From IMG/VR virus record IMGVR_UViG_3300032328_001114, positions 1 to 57,730 of that record: a stretch of 57,730 bases of DNA; one strand, given 5' to 3'. This DNA comes from a virus (Duplodnaviria; Caudoviricetes). Below, piece after piece: positions 1 to 8,145 of the stretch; the first letter of the stretch is position 1; every line of letters starts with the position of its first letter. A program made the position numbers and the translations under genes. The notes under the pieces are model-generated. The model was not told the origin of the DNA and did no database searches. It saw only the letters and a program-made list of their open reading frames with translations.

Positions 1-123
1 CCTCGCGACACGGAATTCATCCAACAAAAAACATAATAATGAGCTTCTTAAAAATACTTGGAAGAGCGCATCCTACCAACCAAGCTATATATACATTGTT
101 CAAAAAAATCGCTTTAAAAAAGC
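1..123. repeat. Terminal direct repeat, copy 1 (identical to 57608-57730); circular-contig overlap
   Basis: Exact 123-nt match between the first and last bases of the window. Confidence 0.97.
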
Positions 124-203
124 GGCGAAGTTTCCAACGCCGCCGTCGTAGTCAAGCGGGGCAAGTTTTTCAGGCGAACCCCTCAAAGGTATTTATGAAT
201 TGA
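39..203 (+). CDS. Possible small basic protein (54 aa, MSFLKILGRAHP...); not in ORF track
   Basis: ATG at 39 after A-rich leader caacaaaaaacataata; open to TGA 201-203; no family recognised. Confidence 0.25.
   Translation: MSFLKILGRAHPTNQAIYTLFKKIALKKRRSFQRRRRSQAGQVFQANPSKVFMN
115..145 (-). terminator. Intrinsic terminator for leftward transcripts
   Basis: Minus strand GCGGCG-ttggaaactt-CGCCGC followed by T6. Confidence 0.6.
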
Positions 204-245
204 AACATTGACAAGCGCACAACAACAGCGCCAATTTGAAAAGAA

Positions 246-434
246 CTATGTATTTATTGCCGGACTCGGCTTAAAAGCATCCCTAAGAATGATATTAACC
301 TCGTCCGGATGTTTTAGAGCATTTGCTAGCTTCAAGACAAGCTCAACCGTGTGTGACTTGTTAGTCAAACCATTCCATGCGCCCTCTAGTTCTGGGTCAA
401 TGACGATTGTTTTTGTAATCTTTCTCTTAGCCAT
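246..434 (-). CDS. Small ribbon-helix-helix-like DNA-binding protein, probably leaderless
   Basis: 62 aa; basic N-terminus and alternating strand KTIVIDPEL followed by helices; TAGCTTTG box 4 nt upstream of the ATG. Confidence 0.55.
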   Translation of the reverse strand: MAKRKITKTIVIDPELEGAWNGLTNKSHTVELVLKLANALKHPDEVNIILRDAFKPSPAINT

Positions 435-438
435 GATA

Positions 439-498
439 CAAAGCTACATAGCTTTTTTTAAAGTTGCAAGTATTTACAAGTAAATATTTATAAATACT
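439..498 (-). promoter_or_regulatory. Bacteroidota sigma70-type promoter with an adjacent TATTTAC(A/T)AGTAAATA box
   Basis: Minus strand TTG (469-467), N20, TAGCTTTG (446-439); near-palindrome TATTTACAAGTAAATA at 471-486. Confidence 0.7.
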
Positions 499-510
499 CA
501 CAACTTTTTT

Positions 511-2073
511 TTACATGAATTTTTCGAGGTCGTTGCTCTCACCTTGGTAGTTGTCAATCTCCGCAGCATGTTTGCCCAATAGCTCGGCTATTTTCTGAGA
601 TATATTGCCTGCTCCATCGTGCACTAAAGACAATCCACCGCTCAATTCAGATACGGAGAAGCCGCGACTAATAAGAAAACGAACATCTGAAAGCGCCTTT
701 ACCATATTGAGCAAACGAGAATCTTCTGTCTTGCTTGTATATGCTCTCTCAAATCTTGTCCTAGCACGCTTGCATATACCTTGGAAGTCTTTGAACAGCA
801 CAACCCTTTCGGGCTGTTCATTGGTTTCTCCGCCCCTATCATTGCCACCACCGCCAAAATTATTATTCTTATCAGGCGGTACATTTACTCCACGCGTGCG
901 GATTACCTTTGGCGTTTTGAAGTCTGGTATAATTACTGGGATTGGACCACCATTTCCGTTTCCATTGCCGGAACTACCACCCCCTTGTGTTACGGTAGAA
1001 TCATCTTCAGCTGCCCCCTTGAAGTAAAGCGATAACATGAGCGTGAGAACTACCACCATGACATTGAAGATGATGTTTCTCCAACGAAACACAGAACCTG
1101 CCATCTTCACATCATTTTCTAGCGCTGTGCCTTTATCCTCGAACTTCTTTTCGAGCTTGGCCATACTTGCGCCGTGTAAGTTCATGATTGAATCCTTCTT
1201 TGCGCCCAGTGCTTGCGACCTTATCAACATCTGTTTGTTGAATGTTTCCCATACCGCAGACTCTTTTGTCTTGATTGTTTCATTCAGTGCGATGATACTA
1301 ACACCAAGCTTGTTGACTTGGAGCTCTATCCACTTCTTTTCGCCCCAATTTTTCGCCTTTCTGCCCTTCATTTCGGCAATATTAGCCTCAATTGCAGCGA
1401 TGTTTATGCGCTCGGCTTTGGTTTTAGACTGTGCTGCACTCATGGCCTCGCTGTAGGCAAAGGAACTATCACGGGCAAAGTCAGCCTCCAAAGATGCTAT
1501 CTGCCCACTGAAAGCTCTGTTTTTTGCTGTTTCATCCTGTTTTTTCTCCGAAGAAACAGCAGAAACAACCTTTTGACTGCGGTTTTTAACTGCCTTGTCG
1601 CTGTGGTTGGATAGCTGCATTGTCGATATGAAGCAAGCAGCAAAGAAAATACCGTTCAGTGTGAGCTGAATGCGGTGGTCCACATAGTTTTTATGTGTGC
1701 TATGCCACTTGTGGTAAGCAAGGATTGAGGTTATATTGCTTGTTGTGATGTATAGCCCCACGCCTATTGCTATCGCTGTGATGATTGCCATCTGGAACGA
1801 CCATGTTTCATTGCCGGACGACAAGGCAAACAAGCCATAAAGCACATCAAAGTCGGCGTTTATACCTGCGTATGACATAATAAATACCAAGCCCACAACA
1901 AAAATGTAAGTAAGTGAGTAAGCAGAGCCAAAGTCGGTGAATCCGCTTGTCATGCGGCTGAGATGGCTCATCATTTCGCGAGCAAAGCTCACGAATAGCG
2001 TTGGGACAAACAGCACAATAACCACTAGGGTTTTCATGCTGAAAAATGCTGTCAGATTTGATTTAATAGACAT
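511..2073 (-). CDS. Multi-pass membrane protein with a long coiled coil (DUF4407-like architecture)
   Basis: 520 aa; several N-terminal hydrophobic helices, ~170-aa helical region, another TM helix, Gly/Asn linker and C-terminal domain. Confidence 0.7.
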   Translation of the reverse strand: MSIKSNLTAFFSMKTLVVIVLFVPTLFVSFAREMMSHLSRMTSGFTDFGSAYSLTYIFVVGLVFIMSYAGINADFDVLYGLFALSSGNETWSFQMAIITAIAIGVGLYITTSNITSILAYHKWHSTHKNYVDHRIQLTLNGIFFAACFISTMQLSNHSDKAVKNRSQKVVSAVSSEKKQDETAKNRAFSGQIASLEADFARDSSFAYSEAMSAAQSKTKAERINIAAIEANIAEMKGRKAKNWGEKKWIELQVNKLGVSIIALNETIKTKESAVWETFNKQMLIRSQALGAKKDSIMNLHGASMAKLEKKFEDKGTALENDVKMAGSVFRWRNIIFNVMVVVLTLMLSLYFKGAAEDDSTVTQGGGSSGNGNGNGGPIPVIIPDFKTPKVIRTRGVNVPPDKNNNFGGGGNDRGGETNEQPERVVLFKDFQGICKRARTRFERAYTSKTEDSRLLNMVKALSDVRFLISRGFSVSELSGGLSLVHDGAGNISQKIAELLGKHAAEIDNYQGESNDLEKFM

Positions 2074-2377
2074 CTGTTGTTGTTTTTGTCTGTGTTATGT
2101 ATTCAATTGCCGTCGTACCGTCCGAAAAATGGGTTACAATGTACGTGTAGCCGTTGCATTGCTTATCGGTTCGCCTTACTACAGTTGCCCCTGTTTCTTC
2201 TCCTGCCTTGGCGATGACAGGAACTTCCTGTTTTTCGAGCGTTGGAAGAATCGCTTCTGTGTGTTGCCTTGATTTCGTTTCAAGTTCTGCGGTTCGTTTT
2301 GCTTCCTTGGAAATATGTCTCCAAATAAACGCGAACAACAGTATAAGAAACAAAAGGCTGTAGTGTGCAAAAACCAT
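2063..2377 (-). CDS. Membrane-anchored hypothetical protein
   Basis: 104 aa with N-terminal TM helix; overlaps the start of 511..2073. Confidence 0.65.
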   Translation of the reverse strand: MVFAHYSLLFLILLFAFIWRHISKEAKRTAELETKSRQHTEAILPTLEKQEVPVIAKAGEETGATVVRRTDKQCNGYTYIVTHFSDGTTAIEYITQTKTTTDVY

Positions 2378-2405
2378 TGTGCCACGTGTGTTTTGTGATT
2401 TGAAA

Positions 2406-2453
2406 CAAAGATATTTATATTTGATAGTATTTACAAGTATTTACTAGTAAATA
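2406..2453 (-). promoter_or_regulatory. Leftward promoter overlapped by 10-bp AGTATTTA repeats and the palindrome TATTTACTAGTAAATA
   Basis: TATCTTTG at 2413-2406; TTG at 2436-2434; perfect palindrome 2438-2453. Confidence 0.7.
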
Positions 2454-2488
2454 GTTTCAATTGAAACAGAAAATAATTATTGTTTCTC

Positions 2489-2519
2489 TTGCATATTAAA
2501 ATTTTAATACATAGCTTTG
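2489..2519 (+). promoter_or_regulatory. Early promoter with operator palindrome TATTAAAATTTTAATA (2494-2509)
   Basis: TTG-N20-TAGCTTTG with the palindrome in the spacer. Confidence 0.85.
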
Positions 2520-2552
2520 CAGTATTGAAACATTTTTAAAAACAACAACGAT

Positions 2553-2954
2553 ATGGATATTTACAAGATTCTGAAAAGGGCAACGCCCAAGCAGCTCAAA
2601 GAAATTCGGGAGTTTATTGATTCGCTTGATAGCAAAAGTTGGGAACGTCCTTTTACTAGGGCAGATAAAGCTGTAGAGCAGCTTCCACCTAGAGATATTC
2701 GCCATCAGACAGGTGATTTGGGAGCTAAAGACAATTACCTTCAAGATAACACACGCCCAATTAATAGCCTCGAAGCATTAAACAGTACTCTTTGTTATAA
2801 TGATTTACGAACTGATGCTAAAAAGATTATTTTTAGCAAGCGGGCTCGTAATGAAGCAGAAATATTTGCAAAGTTCTGCGGGCTTAAATTTGCCTACGAA
2901 TTAAAAAAGCTCAAAGGAATCGATTCTCCAAGCTCAAACTTTCCTTTTTTTTAA
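2553..2954 (+). CDS. Hypothetical protein (N-terminus similar to 2967..3398)
   Basis: 133 aa; A-rich leader downstream of the promoter. Confidence 0.7.
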   Translation: MDIYKILKRATPKQLKEIREFIDSLDSKSWERPFTRADKAVEQLPPRDIRHQTGDLGAKDNYLQDNTRPINSLEALNSTLCYNDLRTDAKKIIFSKRARNEAEIFAKFCGLKFAYELKKLKGIDSPSSNFPFF

Positions 2955-2966
2955 AACTATCGGCAC

Positions 2967-3398
2967 ATGAATATCAGAAAAGCTTTAGAAATGCTAAGGG
3001 ATGCTTCTCGTCAGCAGTTAATCGAATTTAGGGGACATATAGATTTATTGCTTGAAAATAAAAAAATCCCATACAGTAGATTAGATTACCTTAGCATTGG
3101 AGTTATAAAAAGACGCGGACACGAGTTCGGGCAGCTAGGATTAAGCCATATTTTTTTTATTTCAGAAAGTCCAAAGCTTGCTAACCACGCAATTGATTTT
3201 TTAATCCACATTGAATACATACATTTAGCGGGTCAAGAGCCAGCACTAAATTTTTCTTTAAAATTTGTATATCAATATGAATTTAAAAGAGAGGACTTCG
3301 GTACTTCGGAATGGGGGAATATAATCAAAATTCACAATCAATCTGAAATAGCTGAAATTTACGTCGGACAAATATTCTTAAGAAATCTCCATAAGTAA
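2967..3398 (+). CDS. Hypothetical protein
   Basis: 143 aa; N-terminus LRDASRQQLIEFRGHID resembles LKRATPKQLKEIREFID of the upstream gene. Confidence 0.7.
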   Translation: MNIRKALEMLRDASRQQLIEFRGHIDLLLENKKIPYSRLDYLSIGVIKRRGHEFGQLGLSHIFFISESPKLANHAIDFLIHIEYIHLAGQEPALNFSLKFVYQYEFKREDFGTSEWGNIIKIHNQSEIAEIYVGQIFLRNLHK

Positions 3399-3524
3399 TT
3401 TTCCTTTTTTTTAAAATTAATATTATAACTTATATATACTTATCTTATATATAGTATCGTGTTCGGAAAATTGAACACCCCCGTTCAACTTTCCGAACAC
3501 CCCCAGTTCAAAAAATTGTACACC
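3398..3524. repeat. Iteron-like array A: AT-rich tract plus three GTTC-N8-GAAC palindromes
   Basis: Cores at 3461-3476, 3483-3498 and 3506-3521 (GTAC variant); inverted near-copy of 47391-47496. Confidence 0.85.
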
Positions 3525-3540
3525 TACCAAAAAAAACATT

Positions 3541-3972
3541 ATGGGATTAGATAGAAGAATTTTCCTAGAGCCGTTCATTAAAATTCCTGTTCAATATGAA
3601 GATTTTTTAAATGAAATCAGGACATGCGGCGAGCATGAAAATCACAGAGGCGATAATTTTTGTCCGATTTGCGGAAAGCCTGTTGCATTGCAGAAGGTAC
3701 CTGCAAAGTCAATGCTTTGGAGTGAGGAGCTAATAGGAAGCGAAAACTTTACGCACTATGTCGAAGATGAACAAATGTATTTATTCTCAAATAGTTACAG
3801 TCAAACCGACATTGATACAGACGAAAATGTAATTACAACAATTACTCCCGAAAGAATGGCCGAGATGATTGCCGAATTTTCAAAGAAGCACAAAGAGGAT
3901 ATCAAGTTATTGGAGAAGAAAATAAAATCCAAAGTGAAAGTAGAGTTTGGCTTTTTATATCACGTTTACTAG
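3541..3972 (+). CDS. Hypothetical protein with a zinc ribbon
   Basis: CxxH...CPICG motif; 143 aa. Confidence 0.7.
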   Translation: MGLDRRIFLEPFIKIPVQYEDFLNEIRTCGEHENHRGDNFCPICGKPVALQKVPAKSMLWSEELIGSENFTHYVEDEQMYLFSNSYSQTDIDTDENVITTITPERMAEMIAEFSKKHKEDIKLLEKKIKSKVKVEFGFLYHVY

Positions 3973-3982
3973 CCCATAGCCC

Positions 3983-5020
3983 ATGCGACAACTAACTATA
4001 TTCGACAAAATAGAGGAATCACCTCCGCAATCGCAGCCAAAGCAAACACAACTAAGCTACTTTGATGAACTATCAACAGGACTTGACGAGCTAAACCGTA
4101 TGAGTGATGACTTCAATAAAATGCTTCAGGGAATGCTCGACAAGGTGCAAGCCAATTGGAGCGAGGAGGAGAAGCTTAAAATAAATAACCCGAAGAAGTG
4201 GGAGGAATTATATTCACAACAACAAACTAAAATTGAAACAACAGAAATGGCAACAAAGATTGACGACCGCGCATTACAGGTCTTAAAACAATGCAAAGTA
4301 GATGGACTTAATGTAAGTCTCCCTGAAGGACAGTTGGAAAGAACTGTCTATACCGATGTAAAGAAAGCACTTGAATTGATTGGTGGCAAATGGAAAGGAG
4401 GCAAGACTCAGGCATTTGTTTTTCAAAGTGATCCTACAGATATGTTGGCCGAGATTGCCGCTGGTGAAAATCGAAACTTGAAGAAAGAGTTTCAATTCTT
4501 TGCTACTCCAAAGGAGCTAGCTAGGCGTTTGGTGCAATTGGCAGAGATAAGTGGCGGAGATACAATATTAGAGCCGTCGGCAGGACAGGGCGCTATCATC
4601 GAGGCTATTCAGGAGGAGCTTTGGAGTCTCGACCTCAAAACAGTGGTCAGCTGTTATGAACTCATGCCAGTTAATCGTGTAGTGCTTAAAAAAATGGAAG
4701 GCATTGAGCTGCTGGGTGAAGATTTCTTGGATGCAAAAGAAACTAAGAAGTATGATATCATCATTGCCAACCCCCCATTCGCAAAGAACCAGGACATTGA
4801 GCACCTTTATAAAATGTGGGCCATGCTCGCACCGGGTGGGCGCGTGGTGTGCGTGATGTCCAATCACTGGCTTAATAGCAGCACAAAGGCCTGCTGTGAC
4901 TTCAAGGCGTGGATTAGCTTACTCAATGCTAAGATGCACGACATAGAACCAGGTACTTTCAAAGAGTCGGGGACCATGGTCGGCGCTAAAATTGTCGTCA
5001 TCGACAAATACGGCCATTAA
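3983..5020 (+). CDS. DNA N6-adenine methyltransferase with an N-terminal extension
   Basis: QFFATP, motif I LEPSAGQG, motif IV IIANPPF, C-terminal FKESGT. Confidence 0.9.
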   Translation: MRQLTIFDKIEESPPQSQPKQTQLSYFDELSTGLDELNRMSDDFNKMLQGMLDKVQANWSEEEKLKINNPKKWEELYSQQQTKIETTEMATKIDDRALQVLKQCKVDGLNVSLPEGQLERTVYTDVKKALELIGGKWKGGKTQAFVFQSDPTDMLAEIAAGENRNLKKEFQFFATPKELARRLVQLAEISGGDTILEPSAGQGAIIEAIQEELWSLDLKTVVSCYELMPVNRVVLKKMEGIELLGEDFLDAKETKKYDIIIANPPFAKNQDIEHLYKMWAMLAPGGRVVCVMSNHWLNSSTKACCDFKAWISLLNAKMHDIEPGTFKESGTMVGAKIVVIDKYGH

Positions 5021-5023
5021 GAT

Positions 5024-5062
5024 ATAGGGCTGCATGTAAAAAGTGCAGCCCTATTTTTATTT
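5024..5062 (+). terminator. Intrinsic terminator
   Basis: ATAGGGCTGCA-N9-TGCAGCCCTAT then a T-rich run, directly after the MTase stop. Confidence 0.85.
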
Positions 5063-5083
5063 AAAAAAAACTTTGCAAAAGTC

Positions 5084-5114
5084 TTGCATATTAAAATTTT
5101 AATATGTACTTTTG
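5084..5114 (+). promoter_or_regulatory. Early promoter with operator palindrome (5089-5104)
   Basis: TTG-N20-TACTTTTG. Confidence 0.85.
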
Positions 5115-5152
5115 TATAAGGAATTGAAATTGACAACAAAACAACAACAACT

Positions 5153-5320
5153 ATGAATGAATTTTGGTACCGCGATAATTGGAGCGGAGAAAAGAAAACC
5201 TTTGCGACGTTGGCCCAAGCAAAAAGAGCAGCAAAGAAAGAAACTGGCGATAGTATCGCAATATTTGACAGCAACAACAACATTGTAAACGCCGCCGCTA
5301 GCGGACATACTCCAAAATAA
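5153..5320 (+). CDS. Small hypothetical protein (55 aa, MNEFWYRDNWSG...); not in ORF track
   Basis: ATG after acaacaacaact leader below the promoter; TAA 1 nt before the next ATG. Confidence 0.75.
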   Translation: MNEFWYRDNWSGEKKTFATLAQAKRAAKKETGDSIAIFDSNNNIVNAAASGHTPK

Positions 5321-5321
5321 C

Positions 5322-5831
5322 ATGGCACGCAAAAAACTAAAGCCATACGAGGCTTATCCCTTTGATATGTTTTTTGGCAAGCCCATCGCCAAAATGAACG
5401 ACGAGCGCAGACTATTCGGCATAATTGGCCATCACCTTTGCCCTATCCGCATGCAGGCCATTGCTCGCCGCCGCTTGATTGAATTGGGCCACATTGTAAG
5501 ATATGCAGGAAAGTGGATAGCTAAACGCGAGCTGCGCAATATCGAGAGGGACAAAGTAAAGGAGCGAGGCAACGCTCACTATTTCGAGGAGGGACAGCGC
5601 GTAAAAGTACACGTCGTTAAAGAACTTCTCTATCAAGGCCAAGGCCAATACGGTACGTTCTTTATTTACCGATTTGTGGACCAAGATACAGGCGATGTGT
5701 ACCACTACAAAGGCGGAGAGCCAATGCGATTCGAGCAAGCGATTATATTAGGCACAGTTAGCCATGAGGAATATAAGGGTAACAAGCAAACCAACCTCAA
5801 ACGCATAACTGTTAAACTCATGCGCAGATGA
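5322..5831 (+). CDS. Hypothetical protein with an OB-fold-like C-terminal domain
   Basis: YGTFFIYRFVD...YHYKG...GTVSHEEYKGNKQTNLKR pattern. Confidence 0.7.
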   Translation: MARKKLKPYEAYPFDMFFGKPIAKMNDERRLFGIIGHHLCPIRMQAIARRRLIELGHIVRYAGKWIAKRELRNIERDKVKERGNAHYFEEGQRVKVHVVKELLYQGQGQYGTFFIYRFVDQDTGDVYHYKGGEPMRFEQAIILGTVSHEEYKGNKQTNLKRITVKLMRR

Positions 5832-6042
5832 TGTACTACAACGGACTGATATTTGCCAACGGCAAAACACACGTCGAAGGCCACGACGACAAAGAAACCG
5901 CCCTAGAACTTTATCCGCGTGACGCACTGGAAGCGCGGATAATGGCAAGGGAGTAAGGAACAACCGTTATCGCATCCGAGATAGCGTATTACTCAAAAAG
6001 GGACGAGTGTATTGCTCGTCTCAAAGAAAAGAAATCCAAAAA

Positions 6043-6261
6043 ATGAAAATGTACATAACTCTATCTATGTCCAAAGGCGGCATAGAAATAAGACTCTCGG
6101 TATTAGCCAAGGATGAAGCCGAAGCAATAGCGATGGCTGAGAAGGAAGCCGACACAATGCTCGTGTATGGTGATGAACTTTTCCATACATTCATACTGGC
6201 AAAGGATATTAAAATTCATTTAGTTTCAAGAACCGAAAAGGTACAAAGAGTAGCACAATAG
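6043..6261 (+). CDS. Small hypothetical protein
   Basis: ATG start; VLAKDEAEAIAMA pattern common in small phage proteins. Confidence 0.6.
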   Translation: MKMYITLSMSKGGIEIRLSVLAKDEAEAIAMAEKEADTMLVYGDELFHTFILAKDIKIHLVSRTEKVQRVAQ

Positions 6262-6262
6262 C

Positions 6263-6445
6263 ATGGCACAACATACAGACCCATTTGATGATGGGCAAAA
6301 CGATAAGCCTTCTTCCGCAACATCGGCGGCTGAATGGGTATGCTCATGGTGCGGAAGAAAGTTAAGGCTTTGCCAAGTGTGCATATTCATAGGGGATGCT
6401 CAGCGATGCGAACTTTATTTGCAAAAAGAAGCTCAAAAAACGTAA
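6263..6445 (+). CDS. Small Cys-rich hypothetical protein
   Basis: CSWC...CQVC...C; 1 nt after the previous stop. Confidence 0.5.
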   Translation: MAQHTDPFDDGQNDKPSSATSAAEWVCSWCGRKLRLCQVCIFIGDAQRCELYLQKEAQKT

Positions 6446-6533
6446 TCCAAATGACACTCACAGACTATTTACTAAGCCCCGAAAGGCATAACGCAGCACT
6501 GGGGCTACAGATGGCCATGATAGAACCTTAAAG

Positions 6534-6716
6534 ATGATTGTGTATTGCTTGTTGTCACCTCCCACATCAAACAAATACGACCATAGGACTATGGTGAAAA
6601 TTGGCTATGCTTTCGAGCAAAACGGAATAATAGAGCATGAGTCTGTTTTAAACTTTTCAGAACTTATTCCTGGCACCAACTTTTTCAAGGTTATGCACAA
6701 ATGTTTTTGCCTCTAG
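6534..6716 (+). CDS. Small hypothetical protein
   Basis: 60-aa ORF in operon orientation. Confidence 0.4.
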   Translation: MIVYCLLSPPTSNKYDHRTMVKIGYAFEQNGIIEHESVLNFSELIPGTNFFKVMHKCFCL

Positions 6717-6748
6717 CTATTTTATTTAAAAAATATCTTAACAAGATA

Positions 6749-6779
6749 TTGCATATTAAAAATTTAATACATATCTTTG
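6749..6779 (+). promoter_or_regulatory. Early promoter with operator palindrome (6754-6769, one mismatch)
   Basis: TTG-N20-TATCTTTG. Confidence 0.85.
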
Positions 6780-6814
6780 ATATTATTATTGAAACATAAA
6801 ACAACAACAACGTT

Positions 6815-7393
6815 ATGAAGCTAAGAATTATGCGCGCCGTAATCATCGGCGATAAGAAGATTGCGATTGAGCTACATCGCATCATTGGAGAATCATCCGC
6901 ACTGGGCGCGAAGACTGTAAAGGTGTCCGAAACACCTACATACAAGTTCAACGTTTGCGAGTTGGACTTTACTGACTTCGTAGAGAATGACGACGCGAGC
7001 GAGGCGCACTACTCCAAACTCCTTATGTCGTACCTTAGCCCTGCCTTCAATCTACTGGATGAACAGCCAATTATCTATGACCGCAGAGGCGACTACATTC
7101 CCCAAGTAGAAACCAAATACAGCGCAGAAACATTGGCCATGATGCGCGCCTATGACCTGCATTGTTTAGTCCAGGCATCACCAACTCAGCCAATGCCAAC
7201 AAAGACCAATGAAGATTGGTTTTGTAGCAGAAAAGTGCTACAAATTCCAAAGCGAACAGCGGTATCGGCACCGCGCCAAGTAGCGCCGCTAACCGAGGGC
7301 ATCAGCCGATTCAAGAGTAAAATACTTTTAAACATAATTTCAAATCAACAGCATGAAAATCAATACCAATATCAAGTTAGTGAACTTTGGTAA
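6815..7393 (+). CDS. Hypothetical protein
   Basis: 192 aa after a (CAA)n leader. Confidence 0.7.
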   Translation: MKLRIMRAVIIGDKKIAIELHRIIGESSALGAKTVKVSETPTYKFNVCELDFTDFVENDDASEAHYSKLLMSYLSPAFNLLDEQPIIYDRRGDYIPQVETKYSAETLAMMRAYDLHCLVQASPTQPMPTKTNEDWFCSRKVLQIPKRTAVSAPRQVAPLTEGISRFKSKILLNIISNQQHENQYQYQVSELW

Positions 7394-7874
7394 AAACTTT
7401 TTCGTGAGTGCGGCGCTCCTCAAAAAGGAGCTGTCGCGCATCGTAAAAGATTACGGCGGCACTGCGATGGCAGTTAAAGCCATTCCCCCAGAGAACGAAA
7501 CCCCGGAGCCATTCCAAAAGCCAAAAGAGCCAACACCAACAGGAATATCATTTGTGCCGGTCATGAACCATGACAAGATTCAAAGAATGTACAAGCGCAT
7601 AAATTGTTTGGGCGCTTTGCCCGAAGAAGGAGAAGCTTTAGACCTGAAAACTGGCATCAAAGAGGGCAAGAATCTCGTGCGATTCATTATCATGAAGTAC
7701 AATAATCGCTATGCGCTTATCAAAACAATGTTTGAGCCTAAAAACAAGGCTGAGTATGAAAAGCAATATTTTCAATTCATAGCCAACGAAGCCGCTCGAA
7801 TGATTCTCTCACTTGCCAAACCCAAGGCTAAAGCCGAAGGTGAGGCGCAAACAGAAGACAATGCCAACAGTTGA
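7353..7874 (+). CDS. Hypothetical protein
   Basis: 173-aa ORF overlapping its neighbours in the operon. Confidence 0.65.
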   Translation: MKINTNIKLVNFGKNFFVSAALLKKELSRIVKDYGGTAMAVKAIPPENETPEPFQKPKEPTPTGISFVPVMNHDKIQRMYKRINCLGALPEEGEALDLKTGIKEGKNLVRFIIMKYNNRYALIKTMFEPKNKAEYEKQYFQFIANEAARMILSLAKPKAKAEGEAQTEDNANS

Positions 7875-8145
7875 GGAACAATATCAGCTTTATCTTAAAC
7901 TCTGCGAGCTAAAAGAAGAAAACTTTGGACCAGTCCAGCGCACAGAAATGCGCCGCGTATTCTTCGGGGCTTATGGGATGGCCTTTGATGCGATAATTGA
8001 GATGATGGCCACAAAAACCAAGCGAGATATGGATATAGAAATAAATCGAATAACCCTTCAGGTAGGCGCTTTCTGGGCTAAGGAAAATTTAGAGACACCT
8101 GAAAAAACAAAAGACAACGATACAGGCTTCAAAATTATTCATTAG
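7861..8145 (+). CDS. Hypothetical protein
   Basis: ATG at 7861 (MPTVEEQY); QRTEMRRVFFGAYG pattern. Confidence 0.65.
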   Translation: MPTVEEQYQLYLKLCELKEENFGPVQRTEMRRVFFGAYGMAFDAIIEMMATKTKRDMDIEINRITLQVGAFWAKENLETPEKTKDNDTGFKIIH

